From the NCBI GenBank assembly GCA_963755715.1, contig CAVWLW010000060.1, positions 1 to 15,694 of the forward strand: DNA of 15,694 nt. The letters are read 5' to 3'. This DNA comes from an uncultured delta proteobacterium (lineage in GTDB: Bacteria; Desulfobacterota; Binatia; UBA9968). This document shows, one piece after another, positions 15,550 to 15,694 of this stretch (positions within the stretch are counted from its first letter, which is position 1; each line of letters starts with the position of its first letter). Made by a program: the position numbers and the translations under genes. Under the pieces are notes generated by a model, which had not been told where the DNA came from, searched no databases, and worked only from the letters and a program-made list of their open reading frames with translations.

Positions 15550-15694
15550 CTAAAAATTAATTGCCACTTGAGTGCCCAACACAAATGCGTTTCGGATTGC
15601 GCTGCTGCCGTTGGGCCGGATTACATACTGCACATCGGGCGTTATCGAGAGCCAGCGATTGAAGGTGATCTGGTAATTTATTTCCAACACCGTC
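15550..15694 (-). CDS. Carbohydrate-selective porin (OprB family), 3' end only
   Basis: My translation TVLEINYQITFNRWLSITPDVQYVIRPNGSSAIRNAFVLGTQVAINF*: E-x-x-Y, PDxQYVIxP and terminal Phe of OprB-type porins. Absent from the ORF track. Confidence 0.8.
   Translation of the reverse strand, partial: TVLEINYQITFNRWLSITPDVQYVIRPNGSSAIRNAFVLGTQVAINF

Noticed and set aside
15574-15616. GCCCAAC...GTTGGGC resembling attC R boxes
   Set aside because: Too short, no L boxes, and inside the porin coding sequence.

Overview
GC-rich bacterial DNA, with stand-alone ABC substrate-binding proteins and several REP-like palindromes. Many single-base indels break otherwise intact genes, which suggests an imperfect long-read consensus. 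Left half: five ABC substrate-binding protein genes plus one remnant (no permease or ATPase), a secreted subclass-B3-like metallo-beta-lactamase-fold hydrolase, a cyclic-amidohydrolase-family enzyme with an unusual ExH metal motif, an EVE-domain gene and a PAS-PAS-GAF-GGDEF diguanylate cyclase. Right half: a SAM methyltransferase with a ~90-residue poly-(HX) N-terminus is followed by a gene missing from the ORF track, an 86-aa AhpD/CMD-family protein with an in-frame TGA in a CxxU motif and a SECIS-like hairpin (putative selenoprotein). A second, diverged, 5'-truncated copy ~1 kb downstream keeps the TGA and the hairpin. Between the copies is a DUF4160/DUF2442 toxin-antitoxin-like pair with integron cassette boundaries. 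Further attC-bounded cassettes follow (VOC, VOC, SDR), with no integrase in the window (CALIN-like). The window ends in the 3' end of an OprB-type porin gene.
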